Of a DNA stretch of 64,000 nucleotides, positions 60,990-64,000 are shown one piece after another (position 1 is the first letter of the stretch; each line of letters starts with the position of its first letter). A program made the position numbers and the translations under genes. Source of the DNA: an uncultured Spirochaetota bacterium (lineage in GTDB: Bacteria; Spirochaetota; Brevinematia; Brevinematales; JAOACQ01); contig CAVYGN010000001.1 of assembly GCA_963768055.1 (NCBI GenBank), forward strand, positions 1,248,001 through 1,312,000. The letters run 5' to 3'. Below the pieces are notes generated by a model. The model was not told the DNA's origin, made no database searches, and saw nothing but the letters and a program-made list of their open reading frames with translations.

Positions 60990-61089
60990 TGTCGAGGACC
61001 GGGTAGATTCCCCAGTGGCAGGGGCATGAGATTCCCCACCTTTTCCTGAAAAATACCGTTCTTGATTTTAGAGAGAAATCATAAAACTT

Positions 61090-61836
61090 TCAAATAGTTT
61101 TCCCTTCCTTCCGGAAAGATTTTCCATCTTTGGATTTTACCAGGATTTTAATTGAGCCTGAAACAAGGCGGTCAAGCATAGCCCCTCCAATCACAGGATC
61201 AGGGAAGATTGCCAGCCAGTCCTCCGGAGGCCGGTTGCTTGTCAGAATAATGGACCTGTTTCCAAGCCTTTCATCGACAATCCGGTATAGGTATTCCGTT
61301 TCTTCATTGTCGAGTTTTTTAAATCCGAAATCGTCTATTATCAGGAGGTCTGTTTTAATACACTTTCTGAATAGAGTATTCTTAAACATAAGCTTTTCGC
61401 TTTTCAAGTCTTCAAGAAGAACCGCGGCTTTCTTGAAAAGAACTGTGTTTCCTCTTCTGCAGGCCTCATGGCCGACTGATTTTGCAATGCATGTTTTACC
61501 TATGCCGGGAGGCCCGGCGATGACAACAAACTGTCTCATATCCATGAAACGGCAGGACGCGATTTCACGAATAAGCCTTGAAGGGATAGCGCTCTCATTG
61601 AAATTAAAATCAAACCCCTCGAAAGTGTTTTCCTGGCCGAACTTCGCTTCTCTCAGCCTCTTTTTGAGCATGTTATTATCCCTCTGGCATAATTCATCCT
61701 GAACTAACAAAGAGAAAAATTCTCCATAGTCCAGGTTTGATTCTTGAGCCTCCCTGATCCGCATAGGAAGGTTGAATAGCATCCCAGGAAGCTTTAACCT
61801 CCTTAAGTTTGCCTCAAGCTGATTCTGATGTTCCAT
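61090..61836 (-). CDS. istB: IS21 helper ATPase IstB
   Basis: GPPGIGKT, LLIIDDFG, LTSNRP, AMLDRL. Confidence 0.93.
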   Translation of the reverse strand: MEHQNQLEANLRRLKLPGMLFNLPMRIREAQESNLDYGEFFSLLVQDELCQRDNNMLKKRLREAKFGQENTFEGFDFNFNESAIPSRLIREIASCRFMDMRQFVVIAGPPGIGKTCIAKSVGHEACRRGNTVLFKKAAVLLEDLKSEKLMFKNTLFRKCIKTDLLIIDDFGFKKLDNEETEYLYRIVDERLGNRSIILTSNRPPEDWLAIFPDPVIGGAMLDRLVSGSIKILVKSKDGKSFRKEGKTI

Positions 61837-61854
61837 ATTTCCTCCTCATTATCT

Positions 61855-63398
61855 CTATTGAAAGTAATAGCTGCCGTCCCTGGTCATTTCAGACCCTTCT
61901 TCTGAAATTTCAAACAGGGTGTCCTATTTATCCTTTCCTTCATTTTCCATCCAGCTTTTGAATAGTTTGGGATCGGTTATTTTTGCCGATATTGCTCTTT
62001 CACAGACTTTATTAAAGTATTCTTCTTTCGAGAATGTTTCCATTACACTTAAGAACCCCAGGGCCCTCCGGCAATTCAGATTAGCATGAACAGCAAGGAT
62101 TTGAAAGATCAACTGGTATGCGGCTTCTCCGTATTTCCTCGACTGGTCTAATAAATACTTGGGGTATCCCCCGGATAGCATCTCCCTTGTATTCTCCGGA
62201 AAATCAGTCTTTTCATATGCTGCATGTCCTCTTGGTACGACAAATTCCCGGATAAGTTTGTACTGGAAGAAGATCTTCACTAAATTGCCGGTTCTCCTGA
62301 CAAAGACTTCCTCTCCACGATACCTGGGAGGCAGGGAATACCTCTTTTTCTCGAACTGGACAAATTGGTCCGGGTGTACCTTGGCCTTTTTCCATACGGG
62401 AGTCTTAAACCTTTCTTCAGGAAGCTTCTTAAGCAGGGGCTTCTCTATCGTTTCAAATACCTCTATTGGTTTCAAACCTGTTGTTCCATGGTTCCTCATC
62501 CCGTATTCATACCTGCACCATTCCAGAGCTTTGATGTTTAATTCCTTTAACGAGGCTCCGGGATTAAGGGCTTTAAGTTTTCTGAAAAGCTCTCTGGCAA
62601 CAGGGACCATTCTCTCTATCTTGGCTTTATCCTTTGGTTTCCTTACCCTGCAAGGATCAAGAAAAGTATTGTAATACTCCGCATAATCAGCATATGCCTG
62701 ATTATATTTAGGATCGTAAAGGTCCGATGATATGATGCCGGTTTTCAGATTGTCCAGGGATATTCTTACAGGCACACCGCCGTAAAACTCCAGCATATCC
62801 ACATTGCTTTCAACGAATGATTCCTGGTTTTGTGAATAGACATATTGAACAAATGGCAGCCTTGAACTCGACATTATTCCGATAAAAGACTGCACGATCT
62901 TGTTGTGCCCCAGGTATTCCATTGTGCCGGCCCTGCCGTAGTCAAGCTGGATCTCCTGACCAGGGTTAGTTTCAATCCGGATGGTTTCCTTTAATTCTTT
63001 AGCTGTAAGGCCGCTCTTTATCGAGAATCTCTTGAAACTTGTATAGCTTATGTCCAGATTATGCCTTATACAGACAACTTCAAAGGCTGTCTTGGGTTTC
63101 ATTCCGTTTTTCGGGTCATTTATGAGCCCGTACAGCTCATCTTTATATCGTTCAAGTATGCTTGTGCCTTATTTTCATTTTTTGGAGGCCCTACAAAGGG
63201 GCGTTTCAGATGGAATTCTTCCCGGCTTATTGTTTCTCCCGCCTTTTCAAAGCCGTAATCGATAATTTTTTGAATCGCTAGTCGGACTGTTTTCCTATCC
63301 CTGTTTTCCTGTTCGGAAATTTCACTTATGCTTTGATCGGCTTTCCATCGTCTGTAAATGTCATAGTAATCCTGTTCGTTCATAAATCTGTACCCCAT
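61855..63398 (-). pseudogene. istA: IS21 transposase IstA with a frameshift (near 63160) and a premature TAG (61924-61926)
   Basis: HTH RDRKTVR; PGQEIQLDYG, DNLKTG, KAKIER; the frame continues past the TAG to TRDGSYYFQ*. Confidence 0.85.
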
Positions 63399-63524
63399 CC
63401 ATTCCCCTCCGGTTTTTTCCGGAGAGTATGTTTGATTTTTTAGATTCTGAACAGGAAAAGGTGGGTGGGGAATCTCATGGCCCTATTTTGCCTTTTTACT
63501 GGGGAATCTGGGTGGCCCCGGACA

Positions 63525-63707
63525 TTCCAAGAGAGCATTTGAATAATTAGAAAATCTATAATATATTTGTTCAATGCTAAGTTCCCCCGGCAAACGTAAT
63601 TGTTTATAATCTTTTTGTGTTGGGGTTTTCCCTAATAAATTAGAAATTCTTTTAAGTGCAGATATGATATTTTGCTTTTCTTCAATTTTGTCATATTTAT
63701 GTTTCAT
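63525..63707 (-). pseudogene. 5' part of the IS-split nuclease gene (homing-endonuclease-associated-repeat-like)
   Basis: LGKTPTQKDY...YYRFSNYSNALLE; GGAGG RBS upstream of ATG 63707. Confidence 0.75.
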
Positions 63708-63708
63708 T

Positions 63709-64000
63709 TCAATGTTTTTTCCTCCAAACATATTTATCTTTTATTAATTCTATTTGATTCCTATCTCTTAATCTATAAAAAACATTCTTCATAGTATTTT
63801 CTGACTTTATACCAGTTATTTCTCTGGCAATTGAATTGGATATTTCTAAATTACTTTCAAGATATTCCATCACTATCTGCTCTGGGGAACCAAGGGATTC
63901 ATGTCTTAATATCACTAACACAGAATTGTCATTATTATTTATTATAGGTGGTTTTAACCGTAATTTATTCATTGATTCATATGCTGTATTTAATCCTTCC
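63709..64000 (-). CDS. C-terminus of a probable AlbA_2/HATPase_c_4 ('RecG C-terminal') ATP-binding protein with wHTH; partial
   Basis: EGLNTAYESM...PII...SVLVILRH, ISNSIAREITG; the frame stays open to the window edge. Confidence 0.6.
   Translation of the reverse strand, partial: EGLNTAYESMNKLRLKPPIINNNDNSVLVILRHESLGSPEQIVMEYLESNLEISNSIAREITGIKSENTMKNVFYRLRDRNQIELIKDKYVWRKKH

Larger units (their letters stand above)
60990..63524 (-). mobile_element. IS21 family insertion sequence (2535 bp), decayed
   Basis: TG...CA ends; IRs TGTCGAGGACCGGGTAGATTCCCCAGT / TGTCCGGGGCCACCCAGATTCCCCAGT; internal AGATTCCCCA repeats; 7-bp direct repeat TTCCAAG at 60983-60989 and 63525-63531. Confidence 0.93.

Noticed and set aside
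60990..61039. N-terminus of ORF 60404..61039 (MGNLMPLPLG...)
   Set aside because: Read from the IS21 inverted repeat; the true 5' end is at 63707.

Overview
Mostly core chromosome of a flagellated bacterium, probably a spirochaete (inferred from the FliF/FliG/FliH and tandem-cNMP protein types; not proven). Housekeeping genes: rarA (partial), carA, NUDIX hydrolase, purF, B12-dependent methionine synthase core, hslVU, queE, glgB, galU, mcsA-mcsB-clpC, murG, flgBC-fliEFGHI and tRNA-Leu(GAG). Cyclic-nucleotide signalling genes are dense: two GGDEF proteins, a degenerate HD-GYP protein, two CHASE2 adenylate cyclases and a double cNMP-binding protein. The most striking observation is the tandem cyclase pair (21473-25702). 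The two proteins carry reciprocal catalytic-site losses, which predicts an obligate heterodimeric, single-active-site cyclase like the eukaryotic C1/C2 enzymes. They are followed by a PEGA lipoprotein gene. Also present: an McsB that looks kinase-dead, an acyltransferase/GNAT pair that may make an aminolipid, a TPR-like gene with an in-frame TGA, and two families of small intergenic repeats. At the right end is an AT-rich island, where a decayed IS21 element with a 7-bp target duplication splits a putative PD-(D/E)xK nuclease gene. All calls come from reading motifs by eye; no searches were run.
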